Shown one piece after another: positions 1 to 14,367 of a stretch of 64,000 nt of DNA. The translations under genes and the position numbers were made by a program. How positions within the stretch are numbered: the stretch's first letter is position 1; every line of letters starts with the position of its first letter. The notes below the pieces were generated by a model. The model worked only from the letters and a program-made list of their open reading frames with translations. It was not told the DNA's origin and made no database searches. The stretch covers positions 4,340,001-4,404,000 of the forward strand of contig NC_043001.1 of the NCBI RefSeq assembly GCF_006345805.1. Reading direction: 5' to 3'. This stretch comes from Octopus sinensis. Its lineage: Eukaryota.

Positions 1-19
1 AGTGCTGAGTTGCAATTTG

Positions 20-895
20 TGCGTTTCAGAGAAATTACAGTAGAAATGGATTAACATATCTTCGTAACTAAATCCACAGGGTACAAATACTTGGTGCTAT
101 TGGAACGAGATTGTGTAGTTTAATAAAAGTCTATGTCATGAGAAATGTCTTAAATGAAATATTTAACTGGTGAATTATCCTTCTTTTTTAAGCGAATAGC
201 TCAAGCTTTTTCTATCGCCTGCTTGATTTGAATTGTCGGTGGCATTTGAACTTTGGCAGGTAAACGAGGATGGAAATCTGCAATGTATTTTGGCTGGTGC
301 GGTAACCATGCAGAAGTTTAAATATGTCATCCGGCATTCCAGGAATGGAACTGATTTACAGAGTCAATTTGGCGAACAGCAGGTTGAGTCCATTGTCTAA
401 GAAGAATGGTCCGAAACAGTACCTGGTCGTTTTCACCAGATGAGAAGAATTGCCGCTAGTTAACAGAGACTTAATTACACAAGATCATAGTAGAAAGACC
501 ATCAATCTTTCACAGATGGTGGTTGCTCAGATATACGCACGGCTTTTTGGGTTTTGTCAATATAGAGTCAATCGCTTCTATATTCGAGGACTCCGACACT
601 ATGACTGTAATATTGTCAGCGTCTGCAGATACGATTCTTCTGTGAACGAGATTCAAAGGTAAACAATTGAAAAGAGTCAGCTTTCGTCGCAAAGGCTCCA
701 ACGGAAACGCAAGGAGAAGGAACATTCCCCGCGGATTGAGCGTTCGAAGCTAAAACGTTTCAACATGTGGCCGTAAATTTGACCACCGTGTGGATGCCGT
801 TATGAAATATAGCGATCCAGTGTCAAAACCGACAGTTCTCAGGGTTCGCCGAAAAATAACGATGTTCCATCATATGAAATGCAACGACTTAAGCA
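20..895 (-). mobile_element. Decayed L1/Tx1-clade LINE ORF2 fragment (RT through C-terminal zinc finger)
   Basis: ORF 510-725 reads LLLAFPLEPLRRKL...SADADNITVIVS, resembling L1/Tx1 RT motifs LFxLALEPLLRxL and SAYADDxTV. Upstream minus-strand sequence resembles AFDxVxHxYL, WI..Y..I...V.NG and SIRQGCPLSP. A frameshifted C..CG..ED..H.F..C-like remnant lies near 35-90. Confidence 0.7.
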
Positions 896-1070
896 TCACA
901 ATATCTTCAAGAGTTTATGTAAATCAGTGTGTGAGTGGAGAGGCTTTTAGTTGACTCCAAAGTCGAAGGTATATCAAGCAGTTATACTAAAGATGTTACT
1001 GTACGCCTGGGAGACCTGAACTTTTTCGAACGGCACGCCACTAATCTAAACCGCTTCCACACGGAAAGTC
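896..1070 (+). mobile_element. RTE-clade LINE RT fragment
   Basis: Translates as SKSKVYQAVILKMLLYAWET*T...RHATNLNRFH, matching the RTE motif TKxKVYxAVVLxxLLYGxETW...RHxxxLxxFH. Confidence 0.65.
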
Positions 1071-1623
1071 AGCTAAAGCTGCTGAAAACCACTTGACAAG
1101 CGGAGGGATCAGTCACGGAGGTGCTTTCTTGAGCGGTTCTGTAAAGCATGTACAAAATCGAGGAGAGGGTTAGTCGCATGGGCAGGCAACATTTTTCGAA
1201 TGCCTGTGAGGTTACTTTCCAAAATACTGCTTTACAACTAACCGGTGGAAGGCTTTTGCAGGCAAGGGGGAGAGAACGTTACAACTACACACTCGAAACC
1301 TCGCTCAAGTGCATCGAGATAAACTTTGACCCCTCGAGAATGCAATCACAAGCTTGTCCAGCCTGCCAAAAATGCATCAATTTAGGTACCACATCCTCCG
1401 AAAGTTACTGGGTTGTAGAGACACAAATAAACGGTAGCGAAAACTCTTCCCCGTGCCAGCATAGTATCAGTCCCCGAACTGTGACAGAGACTTCAAAGTA
1501 TATAACTGAATGATCGGTCACAGCCGGATGGGCACACCATGACTCACCTTCTTCTCTCATAGGATGTCTTTCGTCATCATCAACAACGACTGACAAATTA
1601 GTAATAATAATAGTAATATATAC

Positions 1624-1626
<3 letters not shown>

Positions 1627-1706
<80 letters not shown>

Positions 1707-1730
1707 CAACAATATATGCATATATATAGG
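1627..1730. repeat. (CA)n/(TA)n compound microsatellite, representative of dozens of such tracts in the window
   Basis: Seen directly. Confidence 0.95.
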
Positions 1731-2923
1731 GAATCTATACGAAAGAAACAACAAAAAACGAAGCCTGGTGGTGTACAAAACAAACAGATGTATTAGTATA
1801 ACGCTCATAAATAGAAAACGTCTTTACATTATATGCTTTTATATATATATATATACACTTTATTATGCTGATATCCGACGAACGGGAACGTGAAGCTCTG
1901 AGTAACAGTTTTGGTGTTGTTTTGGCAACTTTATTAATAAAGCATACTACTTTACCTCCTGTATTCGAGTACTGTTTTTGTTCCATCTAACTCTCGTATA
2001 TATATTTATATGTAATAATAACCGAAAGTTTGTATGTACATACTTATGCATATATGTCTGTATCTGCGTGGGTTATGTGTGTGTGTATCTGTGTGTATAT
2101 TTGTGTGCCTGTGCACGCGCATGCATTCGTTCGTACATGCGTACATGAGTTTGTGATGTGTAGTAGTCAAATACTGGAGTCCCTAAAATCGACAGTTCCC
2201 TCCCAAGAAATTTCTGACAGTGTGCTCATTTAGGAAATATGAAACATTCGAAGCTTTTTTTTCTGCAGTGAATAACACAGCAAACCATATTTTAAATTAT
2301 AACATCTAAATAGAAAGAAATAGAAAAGGAAAACAAAGGTAGACAGGAAAAGAAAGAAGGAAAAGAAGGGATAAAGTAAGAGAAAATGGAATGGCGTGGG
2401 TGGAAGAACATACACCCATTATGAAATAATCTTTGCAAAAACACTTCTGTAAATCACGGAAAAATTTCGCCATCCATGCACATGTTTCTTCAAGAGATCA
2501 AAGGAGATGTTATATTTATTTTTGTTCTCTTGGAAATGATGAAGGATTTTCTACAATTTTCTAATTGCAGGTGAATTCAATGAAGCTTTAATGAGGATCA
2601 AAGACTAAAAGTATGAAGGCGTCTAACAGGCGGGTGTTTATTTCGTTGAAAACATGTAATTTTGAAATACATCGGTTTGGTTCTTTTGTCTCATATTTGC
2701 ATCAATTTCTGACCAGCGGCCGAGCTGGAGCATCAAAAATGATGAATTTTCAATCGAATGATTGATACAATTACTTTATGTACTTTATGTTTAAGCCAAT
2801 TGCATATTCTATCGGATCCATTTTGTCGAACGGCACAGTTACGATGACGTAGACACAACACCATCGGTTGTGAAGTGTTGTAGCGTGACAGATTCACGCA
2901 CATATTCACGCACATGTATATGT

Positions 2924-2955
<32 letters not shown>

Positions 2956-2975
2956 CATATATATATTTGTAAGTG

Positions 2976-3007
<32 letters not shown>

Positions 3008-3145
3008 TATATCTGTAAGTGTTGTTTTAATTACAATTAAACTATGATAGTTTAATACAAACGATCACCTTCTAATTGTTAATTGTTACTCTATTTCTTT
3101 TCTTATCTGAATATATATATTTATATATGTGTATGTGTGTGTGCG

Positions 3146-3205
<60 letters not shown>

Positions 3206-4700
3206 TGTATGTATGTACGTATAAATGTATCATACAAATAGATACATATTCGTGTTTTTTTTTATTATATAGGTATGTATATATACAGGGTATATACATA
3301 TATAGGACACATTTTTTCTGCTTCCGTCCAGCGTATCCATTGACAAAGACTTTATTTGCCCGTGGTTACAGTAGATGGCTCTCATCTAAGTTGCCACATG
3401 GTGCATCCATTAAAGAACTCTGAATCCTTAGCTTAGTTGAATGCATAAAATAAAATATGGACATATGTTTAGAAACAGCATTGAGTTTGTCTAGAGTGTA
3501 AACGAAACATAATGGTGTCAGAAGGAGAGCGAGGCAGCCATACTTCGGAATGAATACATTTGTTTAGAACTTTCCAGACGAAAATGAATTTAAAACTCAT
3601 GAAAATTCTCACAAACCAACAACGGCAACATAATGTTTCAGATGGTCGTATTTATTAGTCAAGTGCTACGTTAATTGAACGTATATTCTTTACAAAATAT
3701 CACATTTTAATTGCTATACTATTTAAATATCAGCGTCACCTAAAAATTGCAACATTTAAAAATATTATTTCACTCTCAGAGTAAATGAGCAGCTAATGGA
3801 TTTTCACGAAGCACAACTGATTATGGGAATATCTGTAGTCGTAATTAATGCATAATATCTTTACTAATATGTTTTTGTTATTTGAAATCACACCGTTTGC
3901 GATTTACATTCTATTTGCACAAATCCTCTCCGTAATTTGTATTCCCTTTGTTCTGCTGGCAGTCAGACATAGGTTTTTCAATATATTATCACTTTGATAA
4001 CTTTAGCAATATATTCTAAATGAAATGATGCATTCAAATACATGCTAATATAGTGAGATATCCATAATTCGGCTATTCGTCTCACACTTAATTGTGCCTA
4101 ATGCTTTGTTATATGCCATAAACTGTATATTAAAACAAAAAAACCTGCCTCAGAATATCTAATTTAGATACACATCAAACAATGGAGCCCAGTAATCAGG
4201 TAATGAATGTAGGTACGCCTACGAACAGACAGACACGCGAGCGCACACACACGCACACATATACAAACACATGAGCAAACCCCTCCCTCAAACAAGTATA
4301 TATACCTGCATATATTATATATATACCCACGAAGAAACACAGACTTACACACACACATCTATGAACATAATTATGTGCGTAAATGTATGTATACATATAA
4401 TATATATATATTATATAATATATATAGATATATATATATGTGTGTGTGTATATAGATAAATTGCATGTATGAATGTATATATGTAGGTATGTATGTACAG
4501 TATATACAGAGGCACAATTGCATAAAATGATGTTTAATCCATGATGGATGAATATTCTGACAAACAGTAATTTCTTCCTGCCGGGAACTTCATCAGGAAG
4601 GTTACTAAGTGGTGTGCCTGAAATAATTCATTATGCAATTTGGTATGCATTTATTATATATACATACATGTGGGTGTATGCGTATACACAAATAAATAAA

Positions 4701-4731
<31 letters not shown>

Positions 4732-4867
4732 AGATATAGATATACTCCCGGACGATGCAAATTTATTTAATTTTAAATGATGGTGACAGCATGGTGACAG
4801 CTCATGAGCTGAAACTATATCAAATTAAATCATGTGTGTGTGCGAGTATATACGTATGTATGCATGA

Positions 4868-5682
4868 TCTCTATATATTATAAACGGCAGTTGTCTTCTG
4901 GTGGTCTGTGTGTCTGTCAGGTTGTACCCTCACCTTGACCTGGCTTTCAACTGATTCTGATGATGAAAACTTGACACACACATTGCCCAATGTCATAATT
5001 CAAAACTAACGCAGCGAAAATTTTGAAAAGTTCCTCCAGTTCTGAAAAAAAATCGTAAATTCGACATGGGTCGAGAATCTAAGCTTTTATATGCAACACA
5101 TTTCTACAGACTGTCTAGGGGACGAACTCGACCTTTTTAACTCTCGGAACACGTGGGGTAAGTATCCCAAAATGTATAAAATGTACAAAAACGGCAAAAA
5201 AAAAAAAAAAAGCGGGCAGCAATGTGAGTGACAACAACGAAAAAGTCAAAGTGACCAAACTGAACAAACGAATGGAAAAGGTTTTTTGATGCACACGACA
5301 AAAGCGGTTTATAATAACCAAGAGTTTGCAAGTAGCGTCCAAGGACCCTTAGGGTACGTCAAAAATTTAAGGTAAAACGTTTGGGGGGTGGTAGTTATAA
5401 AGAAAGTGTAAACAAAAAAAGTATTCGAATAACTAGCGGCTGCAACAGCTATTAGCAGCAGAAGTGGCGGTGTTAGGGGTAAAGTCTCGAATGTAATTTC
5501 TTCCTGGTAGGAATTGGTTGGGTTGAATTATCGATAGCTGTTGATAGTTATTTGGGAGTGAAGAGAAGACATTGCAACCTACACATGCGCCTTCGTTCCT
5601 AGAGGGAAAGGACTAGATTGGGATTAGTCGTGCCTACTAGGGGCTCATTACATACTCGGGCAACGCCGGGCTATGCTGCTAG
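4868..5682 (+). mobile_element. Non-autonomous Helitron
   Basis: 5' end A|TCtctatatattataaa. 3' end has GC hairpin ctcgggcaacgccggg followed by CTAG|T (5679-5682). Inserted between A and T with no TSD. Same termini as 56556-56946. Confidence 0.8.
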
Positions 5683-5809
5683 TGTATGTATATATGTATA
5701 CGCACGGGTGTAGTATTCTAAGAGAAATAAAATATGAAATTATATCTTAAATTATCTTCAATTCAACACAATAAACTGGCTACTCGGCATATTATCGTGT
5801 GTGGTGCGA

Positions 5810-6925
5810 AACTAAAGATAAGACAACTGAACAGATAGACGATACAAATACGGACAGGAAGAACAAGAATTGGACGGTCAGGAAACAAGAACAGGACGAG
5901 TCATTCGTGGCCTTCTTTCTTCAGTCAAATTGTCAGATGTCTTTGAATTTCGGGCAGTTAAACTTGAGAATGTGCGATCTGGTGGCCCCCAAAAATCTAC
6001 GCTAAGAGCATTAGATTTTTTGTAAGAAAGGCAGCGAATGTGTGCGACAACAAAGACAAAAATGACGGAGAACATTGTAGACAATCATAAATAAGAAGAG
6101 TAAAACAACATATCTTTCGGTTGAGGACGAGCGAAATTGCGCTGACGTATATAAAGTGAAACCCTAAAGGCAGGAACATAGGTGATGGCCGTAAGAGGTA
6201 TTGGCGGTTGGCAGTCAGGCCAAGAAAGAAATATCATGGATTGCCGAACACTGGCGACGTGGAAGGAGAAGAGTGGTGTAGGGGGCCGCGACATGGAAGG
6301 ATTAGAAAAAAATTCAAAGGGACAGAGGAAAAGATACATGGGTGATTAACGAGGAGGAAATGTGGGAGCTAAAGATATGGATCCCCAAGAAATTTCAGAA
6401 ACGGTGAGCGAGAAAAAGAAAGGAGGAAGAAATAATGAAGAGGACTAAAAGATAGAGTGAAAGAATCTTGCAAAATTTAGATCCATACTCACTGTAAGGT
6501 GAGAAAAGGTGTATGCACGCTGCTACATGTATATATATAAATATAAAAAATGGAACGAAAATGCAATTGAGGACAAGAAGACAATGAAACAGATAGAGGA
6601 TACAGAGGCGGATAGGAAAAACAACAATAAGAGAACGAAATGGCGTGTCATTCGTTGCTTTCTTTTGTCAGTCAACTTACTAGATGTCCTTACAGTTTCG
6701 GGAAGTTACACTTGAGGCTGTTCGATGTGGTTGCCCCCACCCAAAAAAAGTTTAAGCTAAGAGCATTAGTCTTTTGTAAGAAACCTAGCGAATGTGTGCG
6801 ACAACAAAGACAAACAACGGAGAATATGGTACACGGTGACAAATTAAAAAAACAAGAATATAACAACAGGTGTCTTTCGACTGAGGGCGAATTAGACTGA
6901 GCTGTCGCACTTAAAGTGAAAGTGT
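5810..6925. repeat. Two diverged copies (about 5810-6160 and 6560-6925) of a ~350-bp interspersed repeat
   Basis: Shared blocks gctaagagcattag, gcgaatgtgtgcgacaacaaagacaaa, gtcattcgt and tctttcg..tgag occur in the same order. Confidence 0.75.
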
Positions 6926-6993
6926 AAAGGGATATATATATACATATATATATACATATATATACGCATATATATATGCATATATATACACAC

Positions 6994-7098
<105 letters not shown>

Positions 7099-7560
7099 GT
7101 ATGTGTGCTTGCCTACTAATGCGGAATTAAAACATGTAAAAGGATAAATAAAACCATTAAAATATACAACTAATTTACTTGTACTTATTAGTAGAAGGGA
7201 AAAACGTGTCAACGTATTATTTCACATAGATATATATTTTTCTGGCAACGGAATTTCTGTGCAGCTTTCTTCTGTTCGTATGTTCTACATATAACACGAC
7301 GCGTCGAATACGTTCTCGAAACTTATAACACAACACTCACAAACATGCACGCATGCACAAACACACACACACAAACGCAAACACAGAAGCACACACACTC
7401 ACACACAAATGCTCATTCACAATTATGTAAATTCCATTCCCGTTTAAGCAGTGAATTTAATTCCATTAATCATGACCGCGGGCAGCGTGTATCAAGCGAT
7501 TCTAAAATTGTAATAAGTATTTTTTATTGATATATCCGTAGTTATTGTTTTTTTTATAAA

Positions 7561-7767
7561 CATTTCTTTCAAGGCCCCGAATTTCATCGAATGCCTGAGT
7601 TTCGTTAGATGGACTTAAGTGCCTATTGGTACTTATCTTATCGATCTCCCTTCTAGGTATGAAAGCAAATTCAGCCTCGGTGGAGTTTGAAATCAGAACG
7701 TAACGGCTGACGAATTGATGCTAATCATTTTACCCGCTGCCCTGATAAATTTGTCAACTCGCCGCCT
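7561..7767 (-). mobile_element. tRNA-derived SINE, family B (degenerate)
   Basis: Reverse complement aligns with 30302-30512: aggcggcgag head, gatcgataagataagtacc core. Confidence 0.65.
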
Positions 7768-9282
7768 AAGTTTTTATATAAATATTAAGAAGATTGCGGT
7801 TTGCAATTCCACACATCTACCGCTGTTTCATCACTATATCAGCATTTTTATAATATCTATGCACAATATGTGTTACGTTAAACCTACATAGCGTTTATTT
7901 TTCTTGTACTGCAAAGGAACAACATGTTTATGAACAAAATCCGTTGGCTAAATGAACACGCATTTAGCCTTTGTCTGAGATGGTCTTATCATTTCATTTG
8001 CATAACATACTTAAGCGAAAAAAATAACATAATGAACCATAACTTCTAATTCTCTGGTGGCGATATCGAAGTGAAATAATATATAATTATAATGCTTTGA
8101 GTTTCTGCTTCGATAGAACTAAATACTATTCAGCGAATTTCCCAAGTGTATCCCTAGACTCGAATATGGGCGTTGTGAAGCGTATAACAAATTAAACAGA
8201 ATTTTTAGATATGTAATAAAAACTCTAATCACCCACGCTTAATTATAAATGCACGAATGTATAGCGTATCTAATCTCGATACACAGCGCTTGAAAGTATT
8301 TTCCTTCGCACGCAAATTATACGGTAACTTTAGCGAGAGTAGAATATAGAGAAATTATAAAATACATTCCTAATAATTAGTGTTGTGGCAAATTGTAATA
8401 ATAACAATATGAAACCGTATTAATAATACGTATAATAATGAATATTGTGTAATATGAAGGACTATTACAAATGCTAATAATATGGTATAAAATAAATCGT
8501 CTTCGAGCAATAAGGAATTATAAAAGGGAGAAAACTAATGTGAGTAGAGCAAATTAATATTAAACCAAAATGGAGATTCCAGTTAAGTGAATATTTAAAT
8601 CATTATGGCATTCGCTATTGCCTTAATAATAAGTCGGATAGAATGGGTATATTGGGGTATAACTCAGTATTCGGTTTCCAGGTATCAATTGTAATCACTT
8701 TGGTTAAATATTTTCAAAAACCAAAATAAATGTCACCACATATCCAACGGACACAAATTGAATCAATCATATACTACATCGCATAATAGACGATATTATA
8801 TTTATAGACTTAATGATGGGATATTTAATGAAGTAAATACAAATATTTACGATAAGATTGGTAATAATAAGAATAGAGGAACGAGGCAAAGGGACGTTAA
8901 AGTGGGAGGCAATAACAGAGTCGTAAATAACAACAATACTAATATTTGTGGTGGAAAAGCAACAATTGCGCACGTAGATAGTGATGAGTGTGGCTATGAA
9001 TGAGAACGCGTAGCTAGCGGTATTAATTACCGTTATGAATATATGAATACTAGAAATGATGGAAATCGTAGTACTGATGGTAATTGGATTAATTACATTA
9101 TGAACATACAAGAAAATGAAGACGGATATAATGATGTTGATATAAACTATAATAAATATATTAATATAAGATCCAGGAATTATTAAAGCAATAACAATAC
9201 GGAGATCGGTTATGATAACAATAATCCGATTGGACATAATAATAGCAATATTATCATTATTATCAATAATAATGATGATGAT

Positions 9283-9326
<44 letters not shown>

Positions 9327-9656
9327 TGATGATGATGATGGTGACGATGATAATAATAATAATAATAACAATAACAACAGCAACAGCAACAAGAAGTGGA
9401 AGAAGGAGAAGACGAATAAGAAGAAGAAGGAGACGAAGAAGAAGAAGAAGAAGAAGAAAAAGAAGAAGAATTGTATGTGTCTTAATCTATTTATATATGT
9501 ATATACGCACACACACACACATGCATATATAGGTGGGTGGGTGTTTATGTGAATATATCTATCTATCAATATCTTCTTTTTTTCTTGGATTTTCCTCCGT
9601 TTCCTGTTTCTGACAAAGAGCTTTGCGCAAAACATATATAATCTCTAACTTTATTA

Positions 9657-10092
9657 TACTGCGGCCATGCTAGGGCACCGGCTTGAATTTTCAGTCCAAT
9701 GAGTCGGCCCCAGTATTTATTTGTTTAAATCCCTGATATTTATTATATGGTTTTTCTCTTCGCAGAAGTACTAATTTACGTGGACACAAACACACCAACA
9801 CCGTTTCAAAAGTGGTTGGCAAGTGGCCAAACACAGATACTAACAGACAAACATACAGACACACAGACACACAGACACACACACACATATATATATATGT
9901 GTGTGTGTATCTTCGTGTGTGCCTGTGTATTTATACACGATGAGTTCTTTCATTTATTTCTTCAAAATACACATCCACAGGGCTTTGGTCGTTCCGAGGC
10001 TATAACAGAAGACACTTTCCGAAGGTCCCACGCAGTAAGACGGGACATCGATCCATATGGTTGTGAAATATGCTTCTTTCCTCGCAGCCACC
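9657..10092 (-). mobile_element. tRNA-derived SINE, family A (degenerate)
   Basis: Reverse complement aligns with 16635-17029, including tail ggtgccctagcatggccgcag. Confidence 0.75.
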
Positions 10093-10339
10093 CATGTGTC
10101 TTATATAAAAGCAAACGCAAATGGCGTTTAAAAACCTACGATATGTGTTTTGGTGGAATTCAAAGTATATTACATCCCAACATATAATTCACCATCAACA
10201 GGTAAAAAGATTAAACAGGTTAGATTTTAATCAGGTGAGACTTCATTAGCATGAAGAGATACAACGTTAGCTTGAACAGGCTGGTCTCTCAGAACAATCA
10301 TATATCGCAACATAATTTAATTCCAATTCCGTTGGCCTG

Positions 10340-10505
10340 TAAACAGCACCGACTACACTATCGGATTGTTTGGCGTTAGGAAACGCATCCAAATGTAGAA
10401 ATATTGCCATATCAGATTCCACAGTCAAACCCTCACCCTAATCTTCCAACCCGTGCAAACATGGGAAATGGACGTTAACCGATGATGATGATGATGATGA
10501 TGATG
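10340..10505 (+). mobile_element. 3' tail of an RTE-type LINE/SINE ending in (GAT)n
   Basis: ttggcgttaggaaacgcatcc...ccaacccgtgcaaacatgggaaatggacgttaa followed by (gat)n. Family assignment is from recall. Confidence 0.5.
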
Positions 10506-10606
10506 AACACAAACTAATTTATTGAAAGTGTTATTTTTTCAGTCAATATAATTCATCAAAACAGTCGTCAAATATGCTTTAACATTGTCAAATATCTTAT
10601 CGCGCT

Positions 10607-10950
10607 TCACTCCGTGGCCCTGCATCAGTTACCACGACGAGGGTTCCAGTTGATCCGACAAACGGAACAGCCTGCCCCCACAGACATATGTACTCTTAAA
10701 GTAGTTCTCGGGGAGATTTAGCGTGACACAGAGTGTGACATGTCTGGCACTTTGAAATACAGGTACAAAAGAAACGGGAAGAAAGAGTGAGAGAAAGAGT
10801 GCAGCAAGTGTCGTCACCACCCCTGACGGAGCCTAGTGGAGCTTTAAGTATTTTTGCTCAATAAACACTTACAACGCCCAGTTTGGGAATCTAAACAGCT
10901 ATCCTACGACCGCGAGTCCGCTGCCTTTACCACTAGGTCATTGCGTCTCC
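10607..10950 (-). mobile_element. tRNA-derived SINE, family C
   Basis: Minus strand starts ggagacgcaatgacctagtggtaaaggcagcggactcgcggtcgtaggat (A box, tRNA-like arms, degenerate B box). A possible related fragment lies at about 17330-17420. Confidence 0.7.
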
Positions 10951-11786
10951 CCACGCTTCATTTACTAACATTATAAAAGTATATCTAAACACGTTAAACG
11001 TATATTGAATTGTATATAAATAAAGGTTTGATAAACGTATATTGAATTGTATATAAATAAAGGTTTGATGAACGTATCGAATTTCTTCTTATGGAAGCGT
11101 ATCAAACCCAGGTGTTATCAGATTTATAAAATCGCATATGCGCATTAATTACAAAATTTTCCATTATCCACTTCCCAAGACTCATGGATAAATAGTCGAC
11201 ATTTTATGAATTATGTCTAATTCTAATATGATTGATGAGTGAAGGCCTACAGATTCTAAAATATATTTTGTAATGGAATAAATTCTTTGCTGTATGTTAA
11301 TAGTATAACGTTTTCCAGTAATTCACATTGATGTCGAATAGCATTTTATCTAAACGTTACAAAGCTCTTCACATTCCACCACTAAATATATATATTATAT
11401 ATCTGTAAATTAAGTATACATACTCGAAGTTATGTATGCGGTTGTGTATCTACATATAAATATGTATAACTTATCTCCCTCACACTTTCTCTCCCATCTT
11501 CTCTACATGTGTGTGCGCGTACGTATGTGTATACGTACGCTAATTTTGGCCGAATGGGAAAGAAGTGTTCAAAGCGATGTCAGCAATATGTTTTTTTTTC
11601 TTTTTTTAAAACGAATCTGAAGTTTACAATTCGTCTTCCGTGTAGGGCTTCATGTGAGGGGCCTATTTATATGCAAATCAAGCCGCTAGGCAAGCTATCA
11701 GCCTCTGTTTTATGACAGTGAGTCTTTTTGGTAATATTTTATGAATGTAACAAATATTTAGAACAGGTTAACTTCAAAAACATATG

Positions 11787-11887
<101 letters not shown>

Positions 11888-11893
11888 TGTATA

Positions 11894-12145
11894 TACAAAA
11901 TTTAGAGGACTGACCATTAAAAATGGATAACCTATGTGCTAGATATAGACGTCAAAATCGTCATCCTCCACGACGATGTGTTCTCAAAAAAAAAAAAAAA
12001 TTCAGCAAAAAACCAAAGTGTAAAAAATTTGTTTAGTTGTCAGTCCTCTAAATTTTGTAACTAAGATTTTAATCTTCGGATTTTTTTAAAATATGCTTTG
12101 TCACTGGTTTTAATTGATTAATATCAATTTCTACCCTTATTTAAT

Positions 12146-12146
<1 letters not shown>
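11894..12146. mobile_element. Foldback element within (TA)n, with a 21-bp inverted repeat
   Basis: tacaaaatttagaggactgac (11894-11914) and gtcagtcctctaaattttgta (12039-12059). Shares motifs with 26829-27133 and 54658-55119. Confidence 0.65.
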
Positions 12147-12200
<54 letters not shown>

Positions 12201-12204
<4 letters not shown>

Positions 12205-13078
12205 GAGAAGAAAGTAGGCATTAGAAATTGGTAATAAAATCCATATTCCTTTTAGAAATCTATTGAAACAAATAATACATATTCTTTCTTACAGGGGAGA
12301 ATGAAAGTAAACCTTCATATTCCAAGCTAGAAGCCAGTGGCATCAACCAGTTCCCTCAAATGACCAGGGATGGATTGTGCAAACTTCCGAAATGCATCGG
12401 CTGAGACTTCATTAAGAACCGCCTGAAACCGTGTCTCCGAGTCCTCCAGTCTGCGAGGTTTTGACTTATACACATCTCTTGTGTAAAAATCATATTGCTT
12501 GAGATCTGGAATTCTTACTGTCCCGTTCTTCTGTACTTCTACGGTACCAGTTCTCAACCTTTAGCTCCTGCAGGAAAATGGCGTTTTCACGGACAAAAAT
12601 TCAGTTCTTTATGCAGCACCGTACATATTGAGTGACTCGTGAGTCCAACTTGCGATCTGCTTGACGTGTTTATTTTTGCAGACCGCGATTAAACTTTTCC
12701 TACACTGGTGCCACGTTCTTCGCTGATCGAGATGTCATTGGACTGTCATTTCTTCTTGCATCGTTCACAGAGACCGTGGTCATCGCCTTTGCATGACCAC
12801 TTTGTATCCGGGCGTAGTGCTGCGGTCTTAACGTTCTATGCACGCCATGATCTCTGAACCAAAACAATGGAATTCCACACTTCATAGCGAGCTGCTCTCT
12901 CAGTTCGCTCCTAAGTTGTCAAGCGACCGGCCAGGTGGTAAAATAAGAAATAGGATGTAGGATAAGAAAATAAGAAATCCCCATTAGTGCTGCTTGTTAA
13001 AAAAATGATTTTTTCCTTACATCAGTGAAATTATACAAGAACATTTCTAATGGTTTGTTACTTTCCACTCACCTATTA
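12201..13078 (-). mobile_element. Internally deleted Tc1/mariner DNA transposon
   Basis: ORF 12327-12557 IPDLKQYDFY..VYKSKPRRLED...SIPGHLRELVDATG resembles the SPDLNPxDF transposase C-terminus. Degenerate TIR-like ends share gaaagta..cattagaaat at about 12201-12230 and 13043-13078. Confidence 0.7.
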
Positions 13079-13890
13079 GAGGTGTGTGTGTGTGTGCATG
13101 TTTGTGTGTGCGCGTGTGTGTGTGTGTGTGTGTGTGTTTTAATGTAAGTTATAGATCTGCAAATAACGATTTCATTGAAGGAGAAACTTTATAATGAACT
13201 CTACATAGAACACAAACTAACCCAGATACTAACCGTTGTCTGCTGAAGCGGGTATAAGAAAGCGGAGTAGCAAATCAACAGCAGCAGCATTCACGGATAT
13301 ATCAGCAGTAGAAAGCCACAAAAATATATATTTGTCAGTCGGTCACTTGTGTTCTTAAAAGAAACAACAATGGGTAATTGAAGATAACGAAATGGGTCAC
13401 TGAACGTATTTTGTCATTATCAAACAGATGAAAGCGAAGCTCTACTCAAAGAGAAATTAGAACAGGGGAAAGCAGAATCTTCCAATGAAGCGCTTTGCAT
13501 TTACTTTCAAAGTTTAAACATTTTAAATAATCAATAATGACAATTATTGTATATGTAATTCAATATTTTGATTAATTATGAATTTAGCAATCAATTTCAA
13601 TTGTACAGTTAATAAAAATCTGAAAAATAAAAATAAAATTTACCAAACAAAACCAGTGATATATCACTATAAAGTTTTGAAGACCACTAATGTTTATGTT
13701 GCAATTTCAATATAAATAAATAAAAATATAACAGAATTAAATTAGAATATTTGTTTTCAAGCTGCGGCAATTTGAACATGTAGCAAACACACAAAAGTAA
13801 ACGCGTACATGAAATTGAATTCATGAAAACACAACATGCATACATGTATGTATGTATATATGTATATATGCATATATATATATATATATG

Positions 13891-13953
<63 letters not shown>

Positions 13954-14015
13954 TCACACACATATATATATACATATACATATATATATATATATATATA
14001 CATATATATATAATA

Positions 14016-14056
<41 letters not shown>

Positions 14057-14057
14057 C

Positions 14058-14103
<46 letters not shown>

Positions 14104-14179
14104 TATATAAGTTGATAAAAATGGGAAGACAACAAAGGAAAGAAAGAGATCTCGATATTATGTAAATAGAGGAATTTAC

Positions 14180-14220
<41 letters not shown>

Positions 14221-14367
14221 ATAGATATGGATAAATATATATGCGTGTCTCTGTGTGTGTGTGTGTGTGTGTGACCATATGTGTGTATATTTATATAAAC
14301 ACATATATATATACATATATATTTATATATATATATATATATATACACTCACACACATATATATATA

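Noticed and set aside
4566-4607. Hairpin containing minus-strand CTGATGA...GAAA
   Set aside because: Stems I and III and the NUH triplet do not close in hammerhead topology.
8758-9635. Asn/Ile/Arg-rich ORFs
   Set aside because: Decayed (AAT)n, (GAT)n and (GAA)n trinucleotide repeats.
10996-11075. 37-bp tandem duplication
   Set aside because: Ordinary local slippage duplication.
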